This document shows, piece by piece, positions 13,676-26,909 of a DNA stretch of 64,000 nucleotides. Each line of letters starts with the position of its first letter. Position 1 is the stretch's first letter. A program made the translations under genes and the position numbers. Below the pieces are notes generated by a model that worked only from the letters and a program-made list of their open reading frames with translations, searched no databases and had not been told where the DNA came from. The DNA is from the human T2T-CHM13v2.0 reference genome, Homo sapiens. The stretch lies in the NCBI RefSeq assembly GCF_009914755.1, contig NC_060930.1. The stretch is one strand, 5' to 3'.

Positions 13676-13960
13676 TGTAGTGAGTTGAACTGTGCTCCCC
13701 AGAAAGATATGCCTATTTCCTAACTCCTGTGAACACGAGCTTATTTGGAAAAATTAGCCTTTGAAGGTGTCAAACCAAGGACAGGGTTCCATATAAGAGA
13801 AAGGCAAAAGGGGAATTTGACTCAGAAAGATTCAATGGAGAAAGCCATGTGAAGTCAAAAGGAGAGGTAATTAGCGTTATGCTGTCACAAACCAAGGAAT
13901 GCCTGAAGCCACCAGAAACTGGTAGAGGCAAGGAAGGACTTTTTTATTCCTCCCTCAGAG
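13676..13960 (+). mobile_element. MLT1B/C MaLR LTR fragment
   Basis: tgtagtgagttgaactgtgctccccagaaagatatg...ttatttggaaa...gccatgtgaag...ccaaggaatgcctg...ccagaaactggtagaggcaaggaagga. Confidence 0.8.
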
Positions 13961-14194
13961 AATTTACTGTCTTTGTAGGTGCTGGCCTAATCTAATGTAA
14001 TTTTATTTATACCTTAAGAATTAATCAAAGGAAGTACATAATTATGGTGCAGAAAAAATCCCATTATGAATTCCTTTATGTAGATTTAGGTAGAGCCTTG
14101 AGTTTTGATAAAGCTTGTTTCTCAGCCTAATGATATAACTTCAGTAAGCCACAGATCTGGGTTTCTCTGCTTCTCCAGGAAAATGGCATACTAG

Positions 14195-14500
<306 letters not shown>

Positions 14501-15239
14501 ATGGCATACTAGAATTTTAGGTGGACTGCATTGAACAGGGAACTCAGGGTATGTCTTCATGATACCTAGGGAATCACTAGGAAGTTGTGTCAACTTTTTA
14601 GTTCTTCTGGTCTGTTCTATCCTTTGTACTGTGTGGTTATAGGTTCAGATGTAAATTAAAGTGAAAGCAATTTGAAGTAGGTTCAAATCAATACTCATTT
14701 TAATCTATAAATTTTGAAACTTGTTGTCTAATCTAGCCTATCATTCATTTGTTGGGGAAGATACATACATGAACAATACACAAAAATAAATATATATTAA
14801 TATAGGATCAAATCTCTAAAAGACACTTGCAGTCCATATGTTAGCACAGATGTCACCTCCTCAACATGATAGGTTTGAATAGTCACAATACCCTCAGCCT
14901 TATATAACTATCACATTATTCTGGTTGGTTTTCTTAGTAGCTTTAACTGTCTAAATGTATCATTATATATTTTATGTTTAAATTTAACTATCCTGTTAGA
15001 ATTCCCGGGTCACAATAATGCAGAATTCTTGTCTCATAAAACTTACATAACACACTACTGTTTTCCTGTGTCTAAAACAAATAATCTATTGGTATAAATG
15101 TGTTGAATGAATGGATAAGTGAATTAATGAATGAAACAAATATTATAATAAGAAATACCTGTGTAACGATGTTAGCTCTCTTATTACTTAACACCATGCC
15201 CTATACCTAATAAGCTCTTTAAATATTTGTTGAACTATT

Positions 15240-16665
15240 TTATTTTATTTTTGAAATTGATAAATCTATTACCTCAAATGCTCATCTTTTTTTGTGGTGG
15301 GAACATTTCAAATCTTATAACCAGTTATTTTTCAAAATACAATACACTTTTTAAACTTTTTTTTTATTTTTAATGACCAGGCAACTGACAATAAAACAAT
15401 AAATTATTGACCAAAGTCACCCTACTGTGTTGTCAAGCAGTAGTAGTTATTCTTTCTATCTAACTGTATGTTAATACTTATTAATCAACCTCTCTTCATC
15501 ACCATCTTCCCCGACACACCTCTTTCCCAGGCTCTGGTAACAATCATTCCACTCGCCACCTCCATGAGATCAAGTTTTCTAACTCCTATGTATGAGGGAG
15601 AACATGTGATATTGTCTTTCAGTACCTGGCTTATTTCACTTAACATAATGACCTCTAGTTCCATCCATGTTGCTGCAAATAACAGGATTTCATTCATTTT
15701 TTATGGCTGGATAGCATTTTATTGTAAATATATAACACTTTTTTTTATCCATTCATATGTTAATGGACACTTAGGTTTATTCCATATCTTGGCTACAGTG
15801 AATAGTGCTGCAATAAACATGAGGGTACAGGTCTCTTTTTGATATAGTAATTTCCTTTTCATTGGATAAACTCCCAGTAGGGAAATTGCTGGATTGTATG
15901 GTAGTTCTATTTTGAGTTTTTTGAGAAACCTCTGCATTGTTTTCCATAAAGGCTGTACTAATTTTCATTCCCGCCACCAGTATATGAGTCCCTTTTCTCT
16001 GCATCCTCACTAACATTTTGCTATTCTTGTCTTTTTGATAATAGTCATTTTAACGGGGATGAGATGAAATCTGATAGTAGTTTTGATTTGCAATTCCTTG
16101 ATGATTAATGATATTGAGTATTCTTAAATATACCTGCTGGCCATTTGTATGTTTTCTGAGAAATGTTTGTTTAGATTTTTTGCCCACTTTTTAGTGGTAT
16201 TCTTTGTTCTTTGTTTTGCCTTTTGTTTTTGCTGTTATATTCTGCATATTGTTCTTTTTATATTCTGAATATTGTTTCCTTGTTAGATAGTTTGTAAATA
16301 TTTTTCCCTAGTCAATAGTTTGTCTATTCACTCTGTTGATTGTTTCCTTTACTGTGCAGAAGCTTTTAGTTTAATATAGTCCCACCTGTCTATTTTTGTT
16401 TTTGTTGCCTGTGCTTTTGAAGTCTTAGCCATGAAATCTTTTCCTAGATCAATGTCCTGAAACATTTTCCCTATGTTTTCTTCTAGTAGTTTTATAATGT
16501 TGGGTCTTACATTTAAGTCTGTAATCGATTTTGAGTTAATTTTTCTATATGGTGAGAGATTGGTCCGGTTTTATTCTTCTGCATGTGGATATTCAACATT
16601 TAAAATGTACTCTCTCAGCAATTTTCAATTATACAATGCATTGTTATTATTAACTATAGTCACCA
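15240..16665 (-). mobile_element. L1MA 3' end and ORF2 C-terminus
   Basis: ORF 15719-15937 reads [23 protein letters not shown]...CTLMFIAALFTVAKIW, matching the L1 ORF2 C-terminus. L1MA-type 3'UTR follows. Confidence 0.9.
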
Positions 16666-16920
16666 TACATACATAATGGAATTCTATTCACTATTCAGCC
16701 TTTAGAAAAGAAGGAAAATTTGTCATTTGCAACAATATGATAAATGAAATAAGCAAGGCACAGATAGACACATACTGAATGATATCACTTACATGTGGAA
16801 TCTAAGAAAGTTGAACTCATAAAAGTGGAGTCCACAATAGTAGTTTCCAGGAGTTGGAGGTGGGGGGAATGGAGACTTTTTAAGTAAGTGGAAAACTGAT
16901 TAAAGGAATGCAAACTATAA
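16666..16920 (+). mobile_element. L1MA/MB 3' end fragment in opposite orientation
   Basis: atacataatggaattctattca...gtcatttgcaacaa...atcacttacatgtggaatctaagaaagttgaactcata. Confidence 0.75.
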
Positions 16921-17432
16921 TATATTAAAACACAAAGAAATATGGTATATTTTAATGAATTCAAAAAATGGCATAGGAGTAAGAAAGGGAATATACATTT
17001 TTTCTGATGCTTCAAAGAAGAGAATACCCAAAAACTGGATTTATTTGCAGTATAACCAGAGCTAATTTAGTGAAAATAGATCTTTGTTTCTTCATAAAAT
17101 AAATTAGGTGTGCTAATCTTTAGGCCATTGTTAACCCCAATTAATTATAAAAAGGAAATGTCAATGTCACCTTTTAATTTATCCTGTGGGGTGTATTTAC
17201 ACTAACATTAGAAAAATATAGTGCCCTGGACATTTATGTAAGTTCCCTTTGAAAAAATTATTACAGTGAACAAAACACACAAAAGCAGCATCAGGAGGAA
17301 GTGGGAAAATGCTCATGTAGAACTCCACAGCTGACTCTGAGCATATTGAGGGCCAGTGCTACATCTCTTGGCTGGCAGTTGAATAGTTTGTGAAGTTTTT
17401 ATGTAATTGAGAAATAAAAAAAAATGTTTAAT

Positions 17433-17522
17433 CTGAGGAATGAAAGTCCCTTAAATTATCAGGCCCAGAGAGACATTAAAAATGCAAAGGTAGTCACGTC
17501 TCACTCCCTCTTGAACAAAGTA
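17433..17522 (+). mobile_element. ERV1-class LTR 5' fragment (family uncertain)
   Basis: aaattatcaggcccagagagacattaaaa...cacgtctcactccctcttgaac resembles a MER4-group LTR start. Confidence 0.4.
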
Positions 17523-17709
17523 ATTGCCTCTTGAAGCCACTTAGATTGCAGTATCTTCAACTGCTTCCATTCATGTCCCAGTATGTTTTTAGCTATAATT
17601 TCTGCTTAATCACTGGTTCCAGGTTGGCTTAGAAGCCCAATATGACACAGTTTATTTTCCGGTCCAACAATATTTGATATCTTAATTTGGATTTTATTGA
17701 CTTTTTAAA

Positions 17710-17861
<152 letters not shown>

Positions 17862-18202
17862 TGACTTATTATTAATTATATGCATCTAATTGATAATATA
17901 TATAATATATGTATGCATTTTTAGCAGTAAGCTGAACTTTTTTCATAGGAACCTTAAGTGGAACCCAAATATACTACTTATTTGGGATCTGGAGGCCAGA
18001 CTGTCTGACCATTTGCCTCTTAAGGTAGTCCCAGAGGTAACTCAGTGGAGCTCAGAATACCTCAGAAAGTGCAGATTATAAATAATACTCCCATTAATAC
18101 TCCTGGCATAATGTTAACTGATCAGGGTTTACACTACATTTAATAGCCTACTACTGACACCATCCCTGCCACTGGCAGTTAGTGTTTGAATCACATCCTC
18201 TA

Positions 18203-18335
18203 GAGCAGGAGTCAGCAAACCTATCCTATAAATGGTCAGGCAGAAGACATTTTAGGTATTTCACACCAACAGTCTCTGTCACAACTACTTGATTTACTGT
18301 TGTAGCACAAAAGCAGTATAAAAGCAGGCACCAGG
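18203..18335. mobile_element. MER58A fragment
   Basis: gcaggagtcagcaaac...gtctctgtcacaactacttga...tgtagcacaaaagcag. Confidence 0.7.
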
Positions 18336-19091
18336 CCATGTTTGGACCAAGAGTCCTGCTCTAGGGGCATTGTTCTTCTAAAGGTGTCATGTGAAGAGAA
18401 GGTCGAAGCAGAACATTTAGTCTGTGCATTCAGTGATTTAAAGCCCAACAGCAGAAACATGGCTGAGAAAGGTGTGTCTTAGAGTCACCTTAGAAGTTCC
18501 GTGTACGTATGTTTTAACTAGGCTTTAACTTAGCTACAGATGTCTACCCTTTACAGGTGATTGAACTCAACTTGAATGGTCAGATCACTTAAGGGCTTCA
18601 AAAGTACAGAAAAAGCTCTTAGCGACTTGAACTAATGATATAAAACCACTCCTACCTTACTATAACAAATTCTGACTTTTAATACTATCAAGGAACATTT
18701 GTGCCTTATGAGATGCCTGGGTATTTCAATTTGTACTTTAATTACCCATGCTCTCAAAACACATTTCACTAATTATTTAAAAAAAATGCGCATTTTCAAA
18801 AAACCCTCAGAATCACTATCTCATATGATCCAATTGAAAAATAATACCACATGTTCTCCTAAGTAATTTATTCATATTCACATATGATGACTGGAACTCG
18901 AGAGCAGGCCTTTTGAAACCACTTTCATCTATATTCCACCTTGCCACACTGACTTTCAAACATGTGCACGATGAAAAACCTTTTCATGTGTATTGACATC
19001 ATAGTTTTTTTTTTTTGCAGACCATAAATAATAATTATATAAATTCAAACAATTAATTTGGCTGCTCAACAATAATGCACTTCTCTGAGAA

Positions 19092-19565
19092 TTGGTGAAG
19101 TACTGGAATTGTCTTGCATGCACTCAGAGAGCTGATTGTTACATTTTCAGAAATGTTTGAATTTATTGTTAAAAATAGTGATTATAAAAAATAAATTATA
19201 TGAAATTTCTTAGTTATGTCAAAAACAAAGGTAGTAAATACTCAAATCTCATCACGTTCCAATTAGTTTTCTACATTTTACTATTATATATGCTTTTGAG
19301 GTTTCTATGACTGTTGTATATGTGTGGTAGAAATACTATATAATAGAATGCTACTACATACCTCCTTTCAAGTTTGTGTTCAGTGATATCATGTTGATAG
19401 CTTGAAATTGGCTGTGGTGAAACTATACTATTGAAATTGGCAAATACTTCAAACTATGATCCTTTGGTGTATGAGTGTGTGTGAGAGAGTGTTTGTATAA
19501 AGAATGTCATGTCCATGAATCTACCTAGATTGAATGCCAAGCAATGAAGTGTCCCGCAGAAAATA
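19092..19565 (+). mobile_element. MER63-like hAT DNA transposon
   Basis: gagagctgattgttacattttcagaaat...aaaaacaaaggtagtaaatactcaaatctcatcac...tagcttgaaattggc...gaaattggcaaat. Confidence 0.7.
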
Positions 19566-19954
19566 ACAACATGGTCCAGCAGATAATGGAAACATGCACA
19601 AAGAGGTACATTTTGGGCTGAGCAGGAGATGCTAAGGTGTCTCTTTTCAACCACTTAGCTGTGTTTATCTCAGAAATTTACCTCATTGTCCCAATGATAT
19701 TACTTTATGAATTAGATAAAAGGAGATAGGTAATATTTTCAAATCTATAGAGAAATTATAGATTCCAAAACACCTATCTAGTGTTTCAAAATGGATCTGT
19801 TTTAGCTTTCTATAAAACCTTTGGTTCTATTTAAAGTTCTAAAGCCCCACCTCAAGAAGTAAACACTGTCTCAGGAATGCATCACACTTTTCTAGTATGC
19901 AAGTTATGTAGAGCATTGGAGAATTTATTTTTGGTTTTATTTTATTTTTTAAAA

Positions 19955-20170
19955 AAATATTTTTATTTGACAAATAATAATTGTGTATATTTATGAGGTA
20001 CAGTGTGTGATGTGTTGATATATGCTTACAATGTGGAAAGACTAAATCAGGGTAATTAACAAATACATCATCTCATATGCCTATTATTTTTTGTGAGGAA
20101 AACATTTAAAATCTACTCTTTTAGCAATTTTGAAATATACAACAATATTGTAGCCAGCATTGTGTGCAAA
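19955..20170 (-). mobile_element. L1MA 3' terminal fragment
   Basis: aataattgtgtatatttatgaggtacag...acatttaaaatctactcttttagcaattttgaaatatac. Confidence 0.8.
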
Positions 20171-20279
20171 TCAAAGCTTTAGGTAACTAAAGGTTTTAAC
20201 CTTTTTCATAAATTGCATTATGTCCTTATGGTATATACTCCATTTTTTGTCAATAGGGAATTTCCTAACTTCCTTTGTA

Positions 20280-20458
20280 TCTGTTTTAGCTTGAAGTTGC
20301 CTATAGTGGGAGTATTTACACCACCAAAATTGGCAAATGCTACAAACCAAGACTAGCTGGTGGATGATCATGTGTATGTGTGAGTGTGTGTATGTAAATC
20401 GTGCCATGGCCATGCATCTCCCTAGGTTGAATATCAAGCAACAAAATGTCATGTAGAA
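20280..20458 (+). mobile_element. Second MER63-like fragment, homologous to 19393-19560
   Basis: tagcttgaagttgcctatagtgggagtatttacaccaccaaaattggcaaatgctacaaa...ccatgcatctccctaggttgaat. Confidence 0.65.
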
Positions 20459-20514
20459 AAAAAATATATAGAAGAATAGAATAGGAGAATAAATAAAGAA
20501 TAGGAGACTATATG

Positions 20515-21335
20515 GTAAATTAATTAGAATAATTATACTATAGTAATTATATTATAATAAAATTATAATTTTATTATATATATTATAATTATAATAATTA
20601 TAATTATATAATTGTAATATTTATAATTATAAGAATTATAATATAATTAGTATAATAGAGATATTATATAATATATATTTAATTATATATAATATATAAT
20701 TAAATATATAATATTTAATTAAATATATATTATAATTATATTATATTATATTATATTATATTATAATATAATATATCATATTATAATTATTATAATATAA
20801 ATAAATTAATTTTTATTAATAATTAATAATTAATATAAATAATATAATATGAATATGAATTGATATAATATAATACATTATATTAAATTAATTATAATAT
20901 AATATATTACATTATATTAAATTAATTTAATATAATATAATACATTATATTATAATTTATAATATTATATTATAATTATTATATTACATACTATATAATA
21001 TAAGTATTATACTACATACTATATAATATAATATAGATAATTATACTAATTATAATATAATTAGTATAATAATTTTATATTTATAATATATAATTGGTAT
21101 AATAATTATATATTTATAATATATAATTGGTATAATTAATTATATAATATAGTAATTAGAGTAGTATATAATACTATATAATAATTATAATATAGTAGTT
21201 ATATTATAATTTTAATATACTAATATAATAATTACAATATAATTACTATATTATAATGTAATATGTGGTATAATAATTGTATTATACTTGAAATTATATT
21301 TTTATTTGAAGGAAAATTTAAAATATATTTTTATT
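20515..21335. repeat. AT-rich low-complexity (TA/TAA/TATTA) tract
   Basis: About 820 bp almost entirely A/T with (ttata)n runs. Confidence 0.97.
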
Positions 21336-21346
21336 TGAAAGAAAAA

Positions 21347-22380
21347 GAGGGCGTGGAGCCAAGATGGCCTAATAGAAACAGCTGCAGTCTACAGCTCCCA
21401 GTGTGAGTGACACAGAAGACAAGTGATTTCAGCATTTCCAACTGAGGTACCAGGTTCATCGTACTGGGGAGTGCTGGAGAGTGGGTGCAGGACAGTGGGT
21501 GCAGCACACTGTGCATGAGCAGAAGCAGGGCGAGGCATCACCTCACCCGGGAAGCACAAGGGGTCAGGGAATTCCCTTTCCTAGTCAAAGTAAGGGGTAG
21601 CAGACGACACCTGGAAAATTGGGTCACTCCCACCCTAATTCTGCACTTTTCCAACGGGCTTAACAAATGGCACACCAAGCGATTATATCCTGCACCTGGC
21701 TAGCTCGGAGGGTCTTACGCCCATGGAGCCTCGCTCATTGCTAGCACAGCAGTCTGAAATCAAACTGCAAGGCGGTAGCGAGGCTAGGGGAAGGGCTGCC
21801 ACCATTGCCCAGGCTTGAGTAGGTGAACAAAGATGCAGGAAAGCTCGAACTGGGTGGAGCCAACCACAGCTCACGGAGGCCTGCCTGCCTCTGTAGGCTC
21901 CACCTCCGGGGGCAGGGCACAGACAAACAAAAGGCAGCAGTGACCTCTGCAGGCTTAAATGTCCCTGTCTGACAGCTTTGAAGAGAGTAGTGGTCCTCCC
22001 AGCATGCAGCTTAAGATCTAAGAACGGGCAGGCTGCCTCCTCAAGTGGGTCCCTGAACCCTGAGTAGCCTAACTGGGAGGCAACCCCCAGTAGGAGCAGA
22101 CTGAAACCTCACACGGCCAGGTACTCCTCTGAGACAAAACTTGCAGAGGAAAGATCAGGCAGCAGCATTCGCGGTTCACCAATATCTGCTGTTCTGCAGC
22201 CACCACTGCTGATACCCAGGAAAACAGGGTCTGGAGTGGACCTCCAGCAAACTCCAACAGACCTACAGCTGAGGGTCCTGTCTGTTAGAAGGAAAACTAA
22301 CAAACAGAAAGGACATCCACACCAAAAACCCATCTGTACTTCACCATCATCAAAGACCAAAGGCAGATAAAACCACAAAG
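21347..22380 (+). promoter_or_regulatory. L1 5'UTR internal sense promoter and antisense promoter region; YY1 motif CAAGATGGC at 21360-21368
   Basis: Complete 5'UTR present but with extensive CpG decay. Activity is not inferable from sequence. Confidence 0.6.
21683..21805 (-). pseudogene. L1 ORF0 remnant (40 aa, frameshifted)
   Basis: MVAALPLASLPPCSLISDCCASNERGSMGVRPSE resembles recalled ORF0 (MAGAPPPASLPPCSLISDCCASNQRDSVGVGPSE). A small insertion near 21700 truncates it. Confidence 0.8.
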
Positions 22381-23391
22381 ATGGGGAAAAAACAAAGCAG
22401 AAAAACCGGAAACTCTAAAAATCAGAGTGCCTCTCCTCCTCCACAGGAACGCAGCTCCTCACCAGCAACGGAACAAAGCTGGACAGAGAATGACTTTGAT
22501 GAGTTGAGAGAAGAAGGCTTCAGACGATCAAAGTACTCTGAGCTACAGGAGGAAATTCGAACCAATGGCAAAGAAGTTAAAAACCTTGAAAAAAAATTAG
22601 ACGAATGGCTAACTAGAATAACCAATGCAGAGAAGTCCTTAAAGGACCTGATGGAGCTGAAAACCATGGCATGAGAACTATGTGACGAATGCACAAGCCT
22701 CAGTAGCCAATGTGATCAACTGGAAGAAAGGGTATCAGCGATGGAAGATGAAATGAATGAAATGAAGCGAGAAGAGAAGTTTAGAGAAAAAAGAATAAAA
22801 AGAAACGAACAAAGCCTCCAAGAAATATGGGACTATGTGAAAAGACCAAATCTACGTCTGATTGGTGTACCTGAAAGTGATGGGGAGAATGGAACCAAGT
22901 TGGAAAACACTCTGCAGGATATTACCCAGGAGAACTTCCCCAATCTAGCAAGGCAGGCCAACATTCAAATTCAGGAAATACAGAGAATCCCACAAAGATA
23001 CTCCTCGAGAAGAGCAACTCCAAGACACATACTTGTCAGATTCACCAAAGTTGAAATGAAGGAAAAAATGTTAAGGGCAGCCAGAGAGAAAGGTCGGGTT
23101 ACCCACAAAGGGAAGCCCATCAAACTAACAGCTGATCTCTCGGCAGAAACTCTACAATCCAGAAGAGAGTGGGGGCCAATATTCAACATTGTTAAAGAAA
23201 AGAATTTTCAACCCAGAATTTCATATCCAGCCAAACTAAGCTTCATAACTGAAGGAGAAATAAAATACTTTACAAACAAGCAAATGCTGAGAGATTTTGT
23301 CACCACCAGGCCTGCCCTAAAAGAGCTCCTGAAGGAAGCGCTAAACATGGGAAGGAACAACTGGTACCAGCCACTGCAAAAACATGCCTAA
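22381..23391 (+). pseudogene. L1 ORF1p, disrupted by a premature TGA
   Basis: MGKKQSRKTGNSK...; stop at 22672-22674 (CGA>TGA type). The same frame continues through YPAKLSF to an early TAA at 23389-23391. Confidence 0.97.
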
Positions 23392-23460
23392 TTGTAAAGA
23401 CCATCAAAGCTAGGAAGAAACTGCATCAAGTAACGAGCAAAACAACCAGCTAACATCATA

Positions 23461-25806
23461 ATGACAGGATCAAATTCACACATAACAATATTAACCTTAA
23501 ATGTACATTGGCTAAATGCTCCAATTAAAAGACACAGACTGGCAATTTGGATACAGAGTCAAGACCCATCAGTGTGCTGTATTCAGGAAACCCATATGAC
23601 GTGCAGAGACACACATAGGCTCAAAATAAAGGGATGGAGGAAGATCTACCAAGCAAATGGAAAGCAAAAAAGGCATGGGTTGCAATCCTAGTCTTGGATA
23701 AAACAGACTTTAACTCAACAAAGATCAAAAGAGACAAACAAGGCCATTACATAATGGCAAAGGGATCAATTCAGCAAGAAGAGCTAACTATCCTAAATAT
23801 ATATGCACCCAATACAGGAGCACCCAGATTCATAAAGCCAGTCCTTACTGACCTACAAAGAGACTTAGACTCCCACACAATAATCATGGGAGACTTTAAC
23901 ACCCCACTGTCAACATTAGACAGATCAACGAGACAGAAAGTTAACAAAGATACCCAGGAATTGAACTCAGCTCTGCACCAAACAGACCTCATAGACATCT
24001 ACAGAACTCTCCACCCCAAATCAACAGAATATACAATCTTTTCAGCACCACACCGCACCTATTCCAAAATTCACCACATAGTTGGAAGTAAAGCACTCCT
24101 CAGCAAATATAAAAGAACAGAAATTGTAACACACTGTCTCTCAGACGACAGTGCAATCAAACTAGAACTCAGGATTAAGAAACTCACTCAAAACCTCTCA
24201 ACTACATGGAAACTGAACAACCTGCTCCTGAATGACTACTGGGTACATAACAAAATGAAGGCAGAAATAAAGATGTTCTTTGAAACCAATGAGAACAAAG
24301 ACACAACATACCAGAATCTCTGGGACACATTCAAAGCAGTGTGTAGAGGGAAATTTATAGCACCAAACGCCCACAAGAGAAAGCAGGAAAGATCTAAAAT
24401 TGTCACCCTAACATCACAATTAAAAGAACTAGAGAAGCAAGGGCAAACACATTCAAAAGCTAGCAGAAGGCAAGAAATAACTAAGAACAGAGCAGAACTG
24501 AAGGAAATAGAGACACAAAAAAGCCCTTCAAAAAAATCAATGAATCCAGGAGATGGTTTTTTGAAAAGATCAACAAAATTGATAGACCACTAGCAAGACT
24601 AATAAAGAAGAAAAGAGAGAAGAATCAAATAGATGCAATAAAAAATGATAAAGGGGATATCATCACCAATCCCACAGAAATACAAACTACCATCAGAGAA
24701 TACTATAAACACCTCTAGGCAAATAAACTAGAAAATCTAGAAGAAATGGATAAATTCCTCGACACATACACCCTCCCAAGACTAAACCAGGAAGAAGCCA
24801 TAGGTAGAAAGCTGAAACTGGATCCCTTCCTTACACATTATACAAAAATTAATTCAAGATGGATTAAAGACTTACATGTTAGACCTAAAACCATAAGAAC
24901 TCTAGAAGAAAACCTAGGCGATACCATTCAGGACGTAGGCATGGGCAAGGACTTCATGACTAAAACACCAAAAGCGATGGGAACAAAAACCAAAATAGAC
25001 AAATGGAATATAATTAAACTAAAGAGCTTCTGCACAGCAAAAGAAACTGCCATCAGAGTGAACAGGGAACCAACAGAATGGGAGAAAAAAATTGCAATCT
25101 ACTCATCTGACAAAGGGCTAATATCCAGAATCTACAAAGAACTCAAACACATTTACAAGAAAAAATCAAACAACCCCTTCAAAAAGTGGGAAAAAGATAT
25201 GAACAGACACTTTTCAAAAGAAGACATTTATGCAGCCAACAGACACATGAAAAAATGCTCATCATCACTGGCCATCAGAGAAATGCAAATCAAAACCACA
25301 ATGAGATACCATCTCACACCAGTTAGAATGGCGATCATTAAAAAGTCAGGAAACAACAGGTGCTGGAGAGGATGTGGAGAAACAGGAACGCTTTTACACT
25401 GTTGGTGGGAGTGTAAACTAGTTCAACCATTGTGGAAGACAGTGTGGCGATTCCTCAAGGATCTAGAACTAGAAATACCATTTGATCCAGTGATCCCACT
25501 ACTGGGTATATACCCAAACGATTATAAATCATGCTACTATAAAGATACATGCACACGTATGTTTATAGCGACACTATTCACAATAGCAAAGACTTGGAGC
25601 CAACCCAAATGTCCAGCTACGATAGTCTGTATTAAGAAAATGTGGCACATATACACTGTGGAATACTATGCTATGCAGCCATGAAAAAGGATGAGTTCCT
25701 GTCCTTTGTAGGGACATAGATGAAGCTGGAAACCATCATTCTGTGCAAACTATCGCAAGGACAGAAAACCAACCACCACATGTTCTCGCTTATAGGTGGG
25801 AATTGA
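23461..25806 (+). pseudogene. L1 ORF2p remnant: endonuclease domain plus C-terminal Cys-rich domain, RT absent
   Basis: MTGSNSHITILTLN... and GDFNTPL, with frameshifts near 23670 and 24525 and a TAG at ~24716. [19 protein letters not shown] follows the junction. Confidence 0.96.
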
Positions 25807-26044
25807 ACAATGAGAACACTTGGACACAGGGCGGGGAACATCACACAATGAGGCCTGTCATGGGGTTGGGGCATGGGGGAGGGATAGCAATAAGAGAAAT
25901 ACCTAATGTAAATGATGAATTAATGGGTGCAGCAAACCAACATGGCACATGTATACATATGTAACAATGTACACATATGTTGTGCACATGTACCCTAGAA
26001 CTTAAAGTGTAATAAAAAAAGTAGAGGCAAAAATTAATAATAAT

Positions 26045-26901
26045 AATAATGATAGAGAGGGAGGCACAACAAGATGGCTGAATGGAAGTCTCCAGTGATC
26101 ATAACCCCTGCAGTAACACCAAACTAAACAACTATCCACACAAAAAAGCACCTTCAAGTAAACTAAAAATCAGGTGGGTGAATACAGTACAAAGTTTTGA
26201 CATGATATTAAGGGAAGATGCACTTAAGAGGGTAAAAACAACAGTTGTGAATTACCTACACCACTCATCCTCCATCCTTTGACAATAGCCACATAGTACA
26301 GGGAGAAAATCTGTGTGCTTGGGGGACTCAAAACTAGCGCACTTGGGGTGCATGCAACCTAGTGAGACATGAGGCTGGGAAGCCTAGGAAGTTTTTGCAT
26401 TGCCCCTCCCCCAACCTCAGGCAGCACAGTTCACAGCTCTGGCATAGACTCCTTCCTTCTGCTTGAGAAGAGGAGAAGAGAAAGTAAAGAGGACTTCGTC
26501 TTGCAAATTGTATACCAGCTCAGCCACAGTAGAATAGGGCAACAGGTAGAGTCCTGAGGTCTCTCATTACAGGTCCTAGTTGTGGACAACATATCTAGAC
26601 ACACCCTGGACCAGAAAGGAACCTGCTCTCTTAAAGGGAGGAACCTAGCCCTGGCAGGACTTATTACCTACCAACTAAAGAGTTCTTTGGCCCTGAAAAA
26701 TCATCAGTGGTAGTGCTTGCCAGGGGACTTGCCAGGGGCCTTGTGTGAAACTCAGAGCCCTGCTATACTCAGGTGTTACCCAGTACGTTCTCAGCTGTGG
26801 TAGCTAAAGGGACAGACTCCTTGGGCTTGAGCAAAGGAGAGGGAAGAGTAAAGGAGACTTTGTCTTGCAGCTTGAATATTGGCTCAGCCACAATGAAGTA
26901 G
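26045..26901 (+). repeat. Paralogous copy of 7381-8516 (old L1 5'UTR plus junction), with a ~280-bp internal deletion
   Basis: Shares the junction aataatgatagagagggaggca and long near-identical stretches, e.g. gatattaagggaagatgcact and gtgagacatgaggctgggaagcctaggaagt. Confidence 0.9.
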
Positions 26902-26909
26902 CAAGATCC

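Larger units (their letters stand above)
21347..26020 (+). mobile_element. L1PA element with full 5'UTR, ORF1, ORF2 N-terminal part and 3' end, lacking about 1.5 kb including the RT domain
   Basis: Starts ggagccaagatggcc. ORF1 at 22381, ORF2 ATG at 23461. Junction at 24797/24798 (PRLNQEE|[12 protein letters not shown]). Ends with aataaa and a short A tail near 26011-26020. Length is about 4.67 kb. Confidence 0.97.

Noticed and set aside
24790-24805. L1 internal junction as a spliced-out intron
   Set aside because: Against recalled consensus the removed segment would begin TT (GAAGAAG|TTGAATC...CTAG|CCAT). Using the nearby GT would not reproduce the observed junction, so it is not canonical GT-AG splicing.
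21347-26020. Retrotransposition-competent L1
   Set aside because: ORF1 has a nonsense codon, ORF2 has frameshifts and a stop, and RT is absent.
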